The notes: a model not told the origin generated them from the sequence alone. Numbered from the stretch's first letter, positions 33,078 to 42,937 are shown. The stretch is DNA of 64,000 bases from Candidatus Bathyarchaeota archaeon (GCA_963832745.1 CAWHVC010000003.1:32001-96000), one strand, 5' to 3'. Translations and numbers: made by a program.

Positions 33078-34418
33078 ATGCGGCTAAACAGATTACAACT
33101 CCCAAACTCATCAAAGGAACAGGAGGATGCTTACCGCAAGTTTTACCTAAAAGCAAACATAAACCAGACAAAATGGGGCATACTGCTTTTTATCATACCA
33201 ATATTTAGCTTCATCATCAACGATTACACCTTTTTTGGGTTATCCTTCGAGTTGGCTGGTCTTGCAGCGATAAGAATCTTCTTGGTGTTAGCTTCACTTT
33301 TAGAATACATCCAAATAAGAAAAACAACAAGCCCCCGTTCATATGACCGTACAGTCTTCATTGTTTCTGCAGTATGGCTAATCGGTGGAGGAGCCATCAA
33401 CTTTTTCAGGCCAGAAAACTTTGTGGCGCAAGCAATCCTCACAAGCATATCCATTTTCGTTATTTACTTAGTAATTCCGTTTCGTTTTGAGTATCAACAC
33501 CTAATAGGAACTGCAGCAACAATCGGTGAAGCTGCAATTATTCTGCTAATCGCGAGTCCCACAAACCCTGCTACTTTTACAATAATTTTCAGTCTAATCT
33601 TCTCAAACGTGATTGCCGCTTTTAGTTCATGGAAACTTCAATCGTATCAGCGAAAAGCATTTAGTGAGTACCAGCAAAGAATGAAAATTCAAGAAGATTT
33701 AGAAAAAAATAATTTACATTTAGAAGAGTTAGTGGCTGAAAAAACTTCAGAACTTAAAAAGACCGAGCGATTTGCAGCTATTGGTTCAACAGCCAGCATG
33801 GTTGGGCATGATTTAAGAAACCCCTTAACGGCAATTTCAAGCGCCACTTATTATCTAAATAAGAATTATGGTGAGCAGCTTGATTCTAAAGGCAGGGATA
33901 TGCTGGAGTTAATCCAAAACAATGTACAGTTTTCTGACAAGATAATCAATGACTTGCTTGACTACTCACGAGAAATCAATTTAGAGGCAACAAAGACAGA
34001 CCCGCAAAGTATAGTAGAAGAAGCATTAGCACTTCTCAACGTCCCGTCCAACATACAGATTGTTTATAATACAGCAGAAAATCAAGAAGTACCCTTAGAT
34101 TTCGATAAAATGAAACGGGTCTTTGTTAACTTAATCAAAAACGCAGTTGACGCAATGCCCAACGGTGGCAAACTAACAATTAACACTGAACTCTTCATGG
34201 GTGGGACCAGAATCATTTTTTCGGATAACGGGGCAGGCATTTCAGAAGAGAACCAGAAGAACCTTTTCCAACCACTTTTCACCACCAAAGCCAAAGGCAT
34301 GGGTTTTGGCTTAGCCATATGCCAAAGAATCGTTGAAGCACATAACGGCAAAATCGCTATACAAAGTACACTTAACAAGGGAACCACCATAACCGTTGAG
34401 TTACCAACTAAGCAATAG
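33078..34418 (+). CDS. Membrane sensor histidine kinase
   Basis: About 6 TMs, GHDLRNPL (H box), NLIKNAVDAM, DNGAGI, GMGFGL. Confidence 0.93.
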   Translation: MRLNRLQLPNSSKEQEDAYRKFYLKANINQTKWGILLFIIPIFSFIINDYTFFGLSFELAGLAAIRIFLVLASLLEYIQIRKTTSPRSYDRTVFIVSAVWLIGGGAINFFRPENFVAQAILTSISIFVIYLVIPFRFEYQHLIGTAATIGEAAIILLIASPTNPATFTIIFSLIFSNVIAAFSSWKLQSYQRKAFSEYQQRMKIQEDLEKNNLHLEELVAEKTSELKKTERFAAIGSTASMVGHDLRNPLTAISSATYYLNKNYGEQLDSKGRDMLELIQNNVQFSDKIINDLLDYSREINLEATKTDPQSIVEEALALLNVPSNIQIVYNTAENQEVPLDFDKMKRVFVNLIKNAVDAMPNGGKLTINTELFMGGTRIIFSDNGAGISEENQKNLFQPLFTTKAKGMGFGLAICQRIVEAHNGKIAIQSTLNKGTTITVELPTKQ

Positions 34419-34852
34419 CGCGTAGGTTAAGGATACATCTGCAGTTTTATAGGCTAAACTGGCTGTTTCTTGTTTAAGGTGAAATGTTTGGAATCACTAA
34501 TTATGGCTTGCCTATTTTGTCTGGAAAAACAGAGGCAGTACGAATGATGTTTAGAATAATTAAGGAACAATAATGGGCAGATTATGAGCGTGTTCATAAT
34601 AAACAGGGCATTGAGAAGGAACGCGATTTCGTTCAAGCGACACCTACTGGCGACTTGTTACTTATTTAAATAGAATCTAAAGATGCCCAAAAAACCTTTG
34701 ACACATTCACTGTTTCAAAAGACCCTTTTGACCTATGGTATATTGAAGAGATGAAAAAGAATACAGGCTTGGACTTTAGCCAACCCGGTGGACCACTGCC
34801 ATAAATGCTGATTTCATACAAATAATAAAATCTTTTTTTGAATAATTGGTTC

Positions 34853-35092
34853 TTAGGGGATTATTTTGCCGACTGCTGCGTTCTCATCAAGCTGTGTTAT
34901 CTTGATTTTCACGCAGTCTCTGGGTTTAGCTTTAGGCACGATTATCGTGTAACCTCGTATACTTAATCTTCCATCCCCACTTGGAGCTAAATCAATTATG
35001 GTTACATCTAATTCTTGCCCTAACTCTACTGGACAAGGCTTTTCCTCAAACTTGATTTTAAATTTTCCACCGCGGACTCTTCTGTGAACCAT
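34853..35092 (-). CDS. Single TRAM-domain protein
   Basis: PVELGQELDVTIIDLAPSGDG...GYTIIVP. Confidence 0.8.
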   Translation of the reverse strand: MVHRRVRGGKFKIKFEEKPCPVELGQELDVTIIDLAPSGDGRLSIRGYTIIVPKAKPRDCVKIKITQLDENAAVGKIIP

Positions 35093-35093
35093 A

Positions 35094-35567
35094 CTATGGT
35101 CTTGCCTCATTTTGTGTTATATCTACTTTGAACTCTAATTTGCCACATTTAGGGCACACATAAACGGTTACAGGCAACGTTTTTTGGTCAACCAAAGAAA
35201 GTTTTGGTCCACATAAACCGTCTACGTTTAACTTGGTTTTTGCCCAAGCCATCTCCATGTTGCAAGAAAAACAAAAAGGCACAAGAACGTTTTCAGCCTG
35301 TGGCGCCTCAACTTCTTGGCTCACGTAATTGGTTGTGCTTTCTGTTTCAGACTTTGGCTCCATATACGTCCCGTTTTGCCCCAAAAACTTGCAGCTTATG
35401 GAACATTGTGACCTGAAAGTGCAAAGGTAACAGCACAGGTTTTTTTCATCGTTTTGACATTTGAGTTGTCTATTAGACTGTGCTTTCTGGTTGTCGACAA
35501 ACGCCATGCATGTTTTGTCAACGTTTATGTACTCACAACTGTTAGCCAAATCCGACAAGATACACAC
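35094..35567 (-). CDS. Cys-rich Zn-binding protein
   Basis: CCYLC...C...C and CFSC...CPKCGKLEF. Confidence 0.7.
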   Translation of the reverse strand: MCILSDLANSCEYINVDKTCMAFVDNQKAQSNRQLKCQNDEKNLCCYLCTFRSQCSISCKFLGQNGTYMEPKSETESTTNYVSQEVEAPQAENVLVPFCFSCNMEMAWAKTKLNVDGLCGPKLSLVDQKTLPVTVYVCPKCGKLEFKVDITQNEARP

Positions 35568-35777
35568 TTCCTGATGTTCTGAGTCAATTGGGGTTTTTGC
35601 CTAAGTGTGTTTTGGTTAACAACAAGTAAACTGTGCATTCTTTAAGTAGTGCCACGGGGAGAAGTCGGGAATCCTCCATCAAGAAGGATGTCTCCTGTTG
35701 CTTTTTTGCGGTTTAGACAGCAAGCAGTTAACAAATTTCTTAAGTTAGAATTCGCTCCTTTCATCTGAGGCATAATT

Positions 35778-36206
35778 ATGCGACAAAAACTGACTTTAAT
35801 TACGTTAGGCGCAGCAGATCTATAGAGATCACTTGACTTCTATGAAAAAGGGCTTGGCTGGAAAAAATCTTCAGGAAGCACCGATAATTTGGCCTTGTTT
35901 GATTTATGCGGTGTCGGGTTAGCGCTGTATTCACGTAAACTACTTGCTGAAGACGCTACTGTGCCTGAGGCTGGCACCGGCTTTTCAGGAATAACCCTTG
36001 CATACAATGCAAAAAGCGAGGCTGAAGTCGACCAAGTGCTATCTGAAGTTAGCAAATTGGGCGCAACAATTGTTAAGCAAGCGCAGAAGGTTTTTTGGGG
36101 CGGATACAGCGGCTACTTCAAAGACCCTGATGGGCACCTGATTGAGGTAGCGTTCAATCCATTCTGGGAACTGGATGAAAAAGGAAACATCAAAATCCCG
36201 CCCTAA
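35778..36206 (+). pseudogene. Second VOC-family gene with in-frame TAG at 35823-35825
   Basis: MRQKLTLITLGAADL*RSLDFYEKGLGW..., collinear with the paralog at 12768..13196. Confidence 0.85.
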
Positions 36207-36301
36207 AGCGGTTACACTGCAGAAAGAAAATACTTGGCCAAAGTCACAAGTTAACAACAAATAGCAGAATAAAACATTTTATAAACAAAAAAGTTGAAAG
36301 C

Positions 36302-36667
36302 TTAGAGCAGTTCAAAGACTTTCTCGGGAATAGCGTATCTTTTGTTGCAGTATGTGCAGATGGCTTCATTTTTCTTTGATGTTACGGGTTGAACTTTTTT
36401 GCAGTGAGGGCATTCCATGTTGATGGAGCTAATCTTGCCCACTGGTGATTTGGGTGTGACATAGTTTGGGTTGGCTTTCTTTCTGCATTCCTCAGCTTTA
36501 TCTAACATTTCAAGTTCTTCATACAATAAAGCTGCATCTTCAAAACGTTCAGACTTCAAATATATCTCAATTAATTGTTCTTCAGTAACTATTTCTTTAC
36601 CGCCGCAGCTAGGGCACATTTCAGGATTCCGTTGAATGAAGTCATAACCACACTTGGCACATTTCAT
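36302..36667 (-). CDS. Double Zn-ribbon protein
   Basis: CAKC..CPSC and CPHC..CTYC. Confidence 0.75.
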   Translation of the reverse strand: MKCAKCGYDFIQRNPEMCPSCGGKEIVTEEQLIEIYLKSERFEDAALLYEELEMLDKAEECRKKANPNYVTPKSPVGKISSINMECPHCKKVQPVTSKKNEAICTYCNKRYAIPEKVFELL

Positions 36668-36795
36668 GATTATTTCTTAAAAATTAAACGATTTATAGTT
36701 TATGAAGCCTATTTCCCGTTTCTATCTTTCAAAATTGTTTTTGCCTAAACCAGTTTGCGCGATTATTTTTATTCAACAACCCGCATTAGAGCATG

Positions 36796-36878
36796 TTGCC
36801 TGTGAAGAAAACACACGTCAGTCGGAGAAAGGATTTGGTAATCCCAACAATGATGTCAGTTAACGAATTCTGAGGCAC
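36796..36878 (+). ncRNA. Candidate C/D-box guide sRNA with internal hairpin
   Basis: TGCC-t-GTGAAGA(C)-14nt-CGGA(D')-GGATT/AATCC hairpin-ATGATG(C')-14nt-CTGA(D)-GGCA. Confidence 0.65.
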
Positions 36879-37095
36879 ACAAAACAATAAACAAACCGTA
36901 TGTTTACAGGGTTGACGAGCGGAAGAAATTTGAACATACGTGCGAGCATAGATGTCACCGCATATTCTCTTACTTTAATTAGGCAACTGCATTTTACCTG
37001 ATATTAAACTCACTCGTTTAAAAAAATGTGTTTCTAAAAAAATTGAAAATTTCAAGTCCCAAAAAAGGATGAAATAATCAGAACTTAATGGTTAT

Positions 37096-37359
37096 CTATA
37101 TTCCCAGAAGCTTCTTTTTTGAATCAGCGAATTCTTGATCTGTAAGTACACCTGAATTGTGCAGTTCAGCTAGTTTTTTTAACTCCACAGAAACATCTTT
37201 AGCTGGCGCTGTTGCCGCTGTTGGAGCAGCCTGCTGTTGAGCTTGTTGCGCTTGCGCTGCCTGCTGTTGTTGTGCTTGTTGTTGCTTTTGTTTCTCCTCT
37301 TGTTTCTTTTGCCCCATTTTTGCTCCTGCTGCTAATGCTACAATTCTTCCTCTTGGCGT
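37096..37359 (-). CDS. SHOCT-domain protein with Q/A-rich linker
   Basis: ELKKLAELHNSGVLTDQEFADSKKKLLG; GGAGG SD precedes ACG at 37359 (alternative ATG at 37317). Confidence 0.8.
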   Translation of the reverse strand, partial: TPRGRIVALAAGAKMGQKKQEEKQKQQQAQQQQAAQAQQAQQQAAPTAATAPAKDVSVELKKLAELHNSGVLTDQEFADSKKKLLGI

Positions 37360-37672
37360 TCAGAATCCCTCCTTTGCATTTGATAGTGATCGTTTCCAGA
37401 ACCCTCGCGGAAATAAATCGCTTTAAGGATTCTAAATATTGTCATGATTCAAATTGGCGCTATCGAAAAAATCACTACAACGAGATAAAACCAACACCAG
37501 TTTATACCACTATGTGGATACCCCGTTACACCTGCAAAGAGTTACAAATGACCTATATTTTCAGAAGTATAATTTGATTAGTAATTCTTGAGTTCTTCTT
37601 AAGCTATCTTCACGTTCAAAAAAAGTAAAAGATAATAAACGACTTGGGTTCTCTTGTTAGAAGATGATTTGA

Positions 37673-37882
37673 ATGCAATTAAAGAATAAATCTATACTAG
37701 CAAGCGGATTGATTTTGCTCTCTGCAGGTCTTCTAATCGGCAGATTCACCAGATTTGTGTTCGCTGGTGTTCAAATTTCTGAATTCTTAGAAGGCTTCTT
37801 TGTGGGAATATCAATCGTAGTGAACCTTGCGTATATGATTAGATTTAGAACAGCCAAAATCGGCACTTCTGCAAAAATCTAA
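37673..37882 (+). CDS. Small two-TM membrane protein
   Basis: Two hydrophobic helices. Confidence 0.6.
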   Translation: MQLKNKSILASGLILLSAGLLIGRFTRFVFAGVQISEFLEGFFVGISIVVNLAYMIRFRTAKIGTSAKI

Positions 37883-38053
37883 AGGTGTATGACGATAGGC
37901 GGAATTTAAACATTCAACCTCCCACCGCACAGTCAGGTTTTAGCATAATTGTAAAGTCCATAAACTGATTTCTTTGGTCTTTTCTTTCGCTCCTTGCACC
38001 ATGGGTTGGCACTTTCATGCAAAACCTTCCAAACTATTGAGGCTTTAAAAGAG

Positions 38054-38099
38054 GTGGCGGGTGGGGAGGGATTTGAACCCTCGACCCCCAACTTAGGAG
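38054..38099. repeat. att direct repeat (left), tRNA-Arg 3' portion
   Basis: gtggcgggtggggagggatttgaaccctcgacccccaacttaggag, identical to 46184-46229. Confidence 0.95.
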
Positions 38100-38998
38100 T
38101 CCGTACCTTTGGGAATAAATATTCAAGATTCAGAAGTCCTTTAGGAGTCTTACAATCACCAATAGTCATGGAATTAAACTTTGAAGAGTACAAAGTTTTC
38201 TTAGCTAACAAATACACAAACAAACAGTATGCAAAAGCACAATTCAGCAATGCATCAAAATACTCAGAATGTTTAGAAAACCCCGCAAAGATGTTGTCTT
38301 TTCCAGAGTCAAAAAGAAAGAACATCCTCAAAGCTATGGTCTGTTTATCCAAGTATTTGGGTGTCTATGAAGAGTACAAAGCTAAACTGAAAAGCTACGA
38401 TATTAAATGGGGCAATGAAGACACAGCCTTTAACGGATTCTTAGCAATATTCAACCATAAGCACGACACATTACCGGATTATTATAAAGAAATACAGCCA
38501 ATACTCCACGAGAACGAGAGGTTATTTCTAAGATTCCTTGCCGTGACCGGATTAAGGAAGAATGAAGCAATAACCGCATTCAACATGATAATAGAATTGA
38601 ACAGTAAGGGAGAGCTTAGCGAGTATTACAATTCAGAGCTTCAAGTTTTAGAACATTTCAAGTATGGTAAATTATTTTTGAGAGGCACTAAGAACGCTTA
38701 CATCAGCTTTGTTTCAAAAGAACTAATCAATCAAATATGCGATTCTGAGCCAGTTACCTATAATGCTATACACTGTAGGTTTATGAGAAAAAAGCTTAAG
38801 CTGAGACTCAAGGAACTAAGAAGTTACAATAACACTTACTTAAGGAAAAATGGCGTTATCTCTGAACTTGTAGATGTGTTAGCGGGCAGAGTTCCTAAAA
38901 CTGTATTCTGTAGACACTACTTAGGGGAATCAATGAAACCGTTTAGTGCTCAAGTTTTAGGTATAGAAGCTAACTTGGAGAACTCTTTGATTCAATAA
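38054..38998 (+). CDS. int: Tyrosine integrase, C-terminal (catalytic) fragment
   Basis: TGLRKNEA (R), RGTKNAY (K), KELRS (R), LAGRVP, RHYL (Y); begins with att-encoded VAGGEGFEPSTPNLG. Confidence 0.9.
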   Translation: MAGGEGFEPSTPNLGVRTFGNKYSRFRSPLGVLQSPIVMELNFEEYKVFLANKYTNKQYAKAQFSNASKYSECLENPAKMLSFPESKRKNILKAMVCLSKYLGVYEEYKAKLKSYDIKWGNEDTAFNGFLAIFNHKHDTLPDYYKEIQPILHENERLFLRFLAVTGLRKNEAITAFNMIIELNSKGELSEYYNSELQVLEHFKYGKLFLRGTKNAYISFVSKELINQICDSEPVTYNAIHCRFMRKKLKLRLKELRSYNNTYLRKNGVISELVDVLAGRVPKTVFCRHYLGESMKPFSAQVLGIEANLENSLIQ

Positions 38999-39851
38999 GG
39001 AGTTAAAAAAGGGTGAGGCATGGAAATATCGCTACTGCTATTAGATGATGCTATTAAGACAGCTTAGAGAAAAAGAGAAAACTCAATGCTCTAAAAGCTG
39101 ATGGGAAACAGAAAGCAGTATGGGACTTACTTACTATAGAACATAAAACTACAGCCCTCCAACTCTTCTGTTTTCTCAAAATACACCCACAAAAAAAAAT
39201 AAGTTGAGTATTCGTAGCGAAATTCGTATTTTAAACACTTATTTTAACAAAAGAAGCCAGATTTAATCCCTGTTTCAGAGGTTTTATTTCAACATCAAAA
39301 GACCATGTACTTGCCCTACCATTCTGCTTTTTCCACAGATACACCAACAAAAAAATCTGCTGAGCAGATATTGATTTTAAATTCCCCATTTTAAATTTAA
39401 GTCACAGAATAACCCCTATTTAGAACAAAAAGTGCAGGTCTTATCATTTACACAAGCGGTCATAAACAGTGGCGTTACGACCCTAAAGCGGAATGGGACC
39501 TATTTTAGGGTTGAAATATAATCCAGTCACTGGATATCCCATAAAAATGAAGTAATTGTTAAAAGAAGGTCAAAACAAGTAGCATTTAGAAATTATTTTT
39601 CGAGTAGTGAACTGTTTAGGGTAGAGATATAATTGCCTAAAGCAATACCCCTAAAAAATAAAGCAATTTAAGAAATAAGGGCAAAACAAAGCGATTTATG
39701 AGCAGTTTATTTCATGTTTTTATTTGAACCATAATCCTTTAAATTTAGTTTTCTCAAAAGGTATATTGTGCATCCATTAGCTTGATTTTTATGAGGTAAG
39801 AAGCTTACCCTTCTAACCCTCTTTCAAGCTACATTCGGTAAGGAATGAAAA

Positions 39852-40418
39852 ATGAAGAAATTTACTCCAAGATATGAAAGCGGTATTCCATTAGAGAAAG
39901 CGGTAGTCAACTTCTTGGGTAAAATGGGCATATCCAATTCTCATAACGACTTTTCACCTTCAAGATATGTGAATGATAACCACAATGTTGTCGATGTAGT
40001 TCTCAAAGAAAGGGGAGAAGACAAAGCACTTATCGAGTGTACTAATCCAAAAGAAACCACTTTTATGAATAACAGGATAATGAAGTCCAAGATTGAATAT
40101 TTTCACCGAGCAGACCCTGAGCATAAGAATCTCTGGGTTTTGCTTATTAGCTTCTTAACTTTCAGCAAAGAAATAATGGAGTTAATAATCAAAGAAGGAA
40201 TCCAGTTAGTAGTTCTTAACAAGAGAGTTACAAGCGAGAATATTCACAAAGTTATCAGGGGATTATTCACCAGCCCACTATTCACTCTGTTACGACCCTT
40301 TAGTAGAAAGTACCGAGAGAACCCAAGAAAGGCAGAACCAACCAAAACCAGAAAGACAACTTTAACCGATAAGGTTCCAGCTAAGAACAAATCATCTAAA
40401 CGTGTAAGAGAAGAGTAA
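39852..40418 (+). CDS. PD-(D/E)xK-like nuclease-fold protein (putative)
   Basis: LEKAVVNFL...VDVVL...LIECTN. Confidence 0.55.
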   Translation: MKKFTPRYESGIPLEKAVVNFLGKMGISNSHNDFSPSRYVNDNHNVVDVVLKERGEDKALIECTNPKETTFMNNRIMKSKIEYFHRADPEHKNLWVLLISFLTFSKEIMELIIKEGIQLVVLNKRVTSENIHKVIRGLFTSPLFTLLRPFSRKYRENPRKAEPTKTRKTTLTDKVPAKNKSSKRVREE

Positions 40419-40557
40419 GAGTATAGACAGCTATTACTACTTATATCAACATCAAGGGCTAAGAAAAAATCTGCAAATACTCAGAGTTATTGAGTTTTTG
40501 ACTGGTTATAATAGGAAAGTAAAACCCGAAAAATAGCAAATTTAGGATGAAAAATTT

Positions 40558-40917
40558 ATGCCAACAACAAGAAGCATAGGAAACGGATTATTGACTACAG
40601 GTAGGCGAGTTTACAGAGGTAAGGATATGCAATTAGTCTCTTGGACTCAAAACCAATGTAAAGTATGTGGAAGATTTCTAAGCAAAAGACAAATGCTCTA
40701 TTGTGAAAAGCATGGACAGGGAAGTAAAGAATATTTTATTTTAAACAAAGTGAATTATCATAGGTACAATAAAGACTATCGAAGAACACACCATAAGCAA
40801 GAACTGGAAAGACAAAGCAGGTACAATAAACAGCATCCATACATCAAAAAGGTTAGATGGTTCATTCAGAATAAACCTCAAAGTCCGAAAGTAAGACCAC
40901 ATTCTCAACTCAGTTAA
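40558..40917 (+). CDS. Zn-finger protein, paralog A
   Basis: GNGLLTTG...LVSWT...CKVCGRFLSKRQMLYCEKH; basic tail. Confidence 0.7.
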   Translation: MPTTRSIGNGLLTTGRRVYRGKDMQLVSWTQNQCKVCGRFLSKRQMLYCEKHGQGSKEYFILNKVNYHRYNKDYRRTHHKQELERQSRYNKQHPYIKKVRWFIQNKPQSPKVRPHSQLS

Positions 40918-41181
40918 TTCCCTTCTATTGAGGGTAAAATTGCACTATGCAATACCTTCAAGGATTAATTCTTTCAGTGAATTAGGTAACTTAGAGCCTG
41001 TTTATTGAGTGTAAAAATTTACTCAGTAAATACCCCTAAAAAATGGTTATTTCACTAAAATAAAGCGTTTTGTAACCTTATATGGAGTCAAGTTGTTCGA
41101 ACCATATCACTTAAATGCTTTAGCCATCAATCATGAGATATGAGTAATAATTACAATCAATTTAGGTGTTGACTGTAATAA

Positions 41182-41394
41182 ATGCAGTCAAATAACTCAA
41201 AAAAAGAAAATACACAAGTATGCCCCTTCTGTGGTTCACGAATAAGACAAAGATGTTCATGTGGAAGCAACCATACTGTCAAAGTAGGCTTCAATGTTAA
41301 CAGGCAAGGCAAGAGACAAAGACACCTTTGCCGAGATTGCGGAAGAGTAACAATTGAAGATAAAATAATTCCTTTCAAGAAGGCAGTTACCTAA
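41182..41394 (+). CDS. InsA-like Zn-ribbon protein
   Basis: CSCGSNHTVKVG...GKRQRHLCRDCGR. Confidence 0.65.
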   Translation: MQSNNSKKENTQVCPFCGSRIRQRCSCGSNHTVKVGFNVNRQGKRQRHLCRDCGRVTIEDKIIPFKKAVT

Positions 41395-41648
41395 TGGGTA
41401 GAAAGAAAGTTTACCCAGATAACGCTTCTCGACAGCGAGCATGGCAAAAGAAACAGAAAGAGAAAGAATTACAGCAACAGATTGAGACAGCACAGAAAAC
41501 AAACAGCGACCAAGCTAATCAAAAGAAAAAGAGCTTTGAACAATTAGTAGCAAAGTGGTTTAACGGTAAGACTGTCCAGCAAGCTAAGGAAGCATTTCAG
41601 CTTTACAAAAGAACCTATCAGAGTATAGGACAGGACATGATTTTGTAG
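41394..41648 (+). CDS. Small basic putative DNA-binding protein
   Basis: MGRKKVYPDNASRQRAWQKKQK; TAATG coupling with the upstream gene. Confidence 0.65.
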   Translation: MGRKKVYPDNASRQRAWQKKQKEKELQQQIETAQKTNSDQANQKKKSFEQLVAKWFNGKTVQQAKEAFQLYKRTYQSIGQDMIL

Positions 41649-41662
41649 GCATCACTAAGAAT

Positions 41663-41878
41663 TTGGATGAAAGAACGTCACTCAAGAACGGTATTACAAT
41701 AGGGAATATGGAGCAGTTTCTTGAAAGCTTTGATGAGCCTATTTGCTGTCCTATATGTGGCTATTACAGAAGCGGTTTAGCAGATGAGTGCCCCGAGTGT
41801 ACATTGAAGGTAACTAACCCGAAAGCTTGGAAAGAATACCGTAGGGATTATCAACCAGCAATAGCGGTAGAGGAATAA
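41663..41878 (+). CDS. Zn-ribbon protein
   Basis: CPICG...CPEC. Confidence 0.6.
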   Translation: MDERTSLKNGITIGNMEQFLESFDEPICCPICGYYRSGLADECPECTLKVTNPKAWKEYRRDYQPAIAVEE

Positions 41879-41880
41879 GC

Positions 41881-42135
41881 ATGAAGTTTGCACACGCCAT
41901 CAGAAAGATTTTTTTCAAGTCTATTGACGCAGAGTTGGCATACCTCTACATGAATCAAGCATATCAAGAGAAGTGTATTGAGCTATTCATGAAGAATTTT
42001 AAGCTCACCGAGCGAGAATTGGAGTTACAGTCTAAGATTCTTCTGAACTATACCGAGACATTTCAGGAGTTAAAGAATGAACAAGGGCTTACAATCCCCT
42101 TCCCAGAAAAAACGGTTGTAAAATATAATGTCTAA
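41881..42135 (+). CDS. Hypothetical helical protein
   Basis: GAGG SD, operonic spacing. Confidence 0.55.
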   Translation: MKFAHAIRKIFFKSIDAELAYLYMNQAYQEKCIELFMKNFKLTERELELQSKILLNYTETFQELKNEQGLTIPFPEKTVVKYNV

Positions 42136-42272
42136 AAAAGGTAAAATTATGAATCATGAAAAATGTGGATGTAATAGAAATGGGCGAGTAGTTTACTCAG
42201 ACCCAGAGCAAAATAATAATCAAGTGTCGAGGTTCAGCCTCGACTTAAGGAAACAGAGGGAAGTGAACCCGA

Positions 42273-42806
42273 GTGAGTGACCAATTAGCTAACGACCAAA
42301 TAAAAGAGCGTAAACTGATTCTTAGAAACGAAATTGAGCAGCTTACGTCTAAGTTAGGCAATCCAGACGCTTACACAACTAAAGAAGGTCAGCCTTTCCG
42401 TATCAGTAAAGAGTATGTTATCGCTAAAGAGGAACTAAACAAGAAAGTAGAAGAATACAATAGCTTGATAGAAAGCTTTGTCGTTGCGAACATAAAACTT
42501 AACAAGGTAATAACTTTCACAGATGGAAACTATACCATCAAATATATCCCAGAGAAAAACAGGTATGACTTTTACATTGGTAACGAATACCGAAAAGGAA
42601 CAGTAGCGTTCAATGAAGAGCTAACCGAGGCTACAGTGACATGCCCCACTATTAACTCAGACACTAAAGGGGAACTTGTGAATCACATCTACAAAGTAAA
42701 GATACTTGAGCCGAAAGACATCGTTGTAAAGAAAATAAAACCAAAGCCATGCTCTAAGATAGAAGAGGGTTTAGCCATGGTTAACCAAGATGTGCTATTG
42801 GGCTAA
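42273..42806 (+). CDS. Hypothetical protein (helical N-terminus, beta-rich C-terminus)
   Basis: 177-aa ORF in the element operon. Confidence 0.6.
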   Translation: MSDQLANDQIKERKLILRNEIEQLTSKLGNPDAYTTKEGQPFRISKEYVIAKEELNKKVEEYNSLIESFVVANIKLNKVITFTDGNYTIKYIPEKNRYDFYIGNEYRKGTVAFNEELTEATVTCPTINSDTKGELVNHIYKVKILEPKDIVVKKIKPKPCSKIEEGLAMVNQDVLLG

Positions 42807-42937
42807 AATGGGTTACGTTGTTAAGGATAAAGTTACAGGGCAATTTAGAAGACAAACTCCCGAAGAAATGGAAGCAAAAACAAGACCTGCTAAACCCGAA
42901 GGAAAGAGAGGAATAGCTCTTTTTAGAGGGGCAAGAA

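Noticed and set aside
37994-38053. Host-derived N-terminus (MHHGLALSC...) of the integrase ORF
   Set aside because: Lies outside the att repeat in the tRNA trailer; the true N-terminus is at 45995
41182-41394. IS1 element
   Set aside because: Only an InsA-like Zn ribbon; no DDE transposase or terminal inverted repeats
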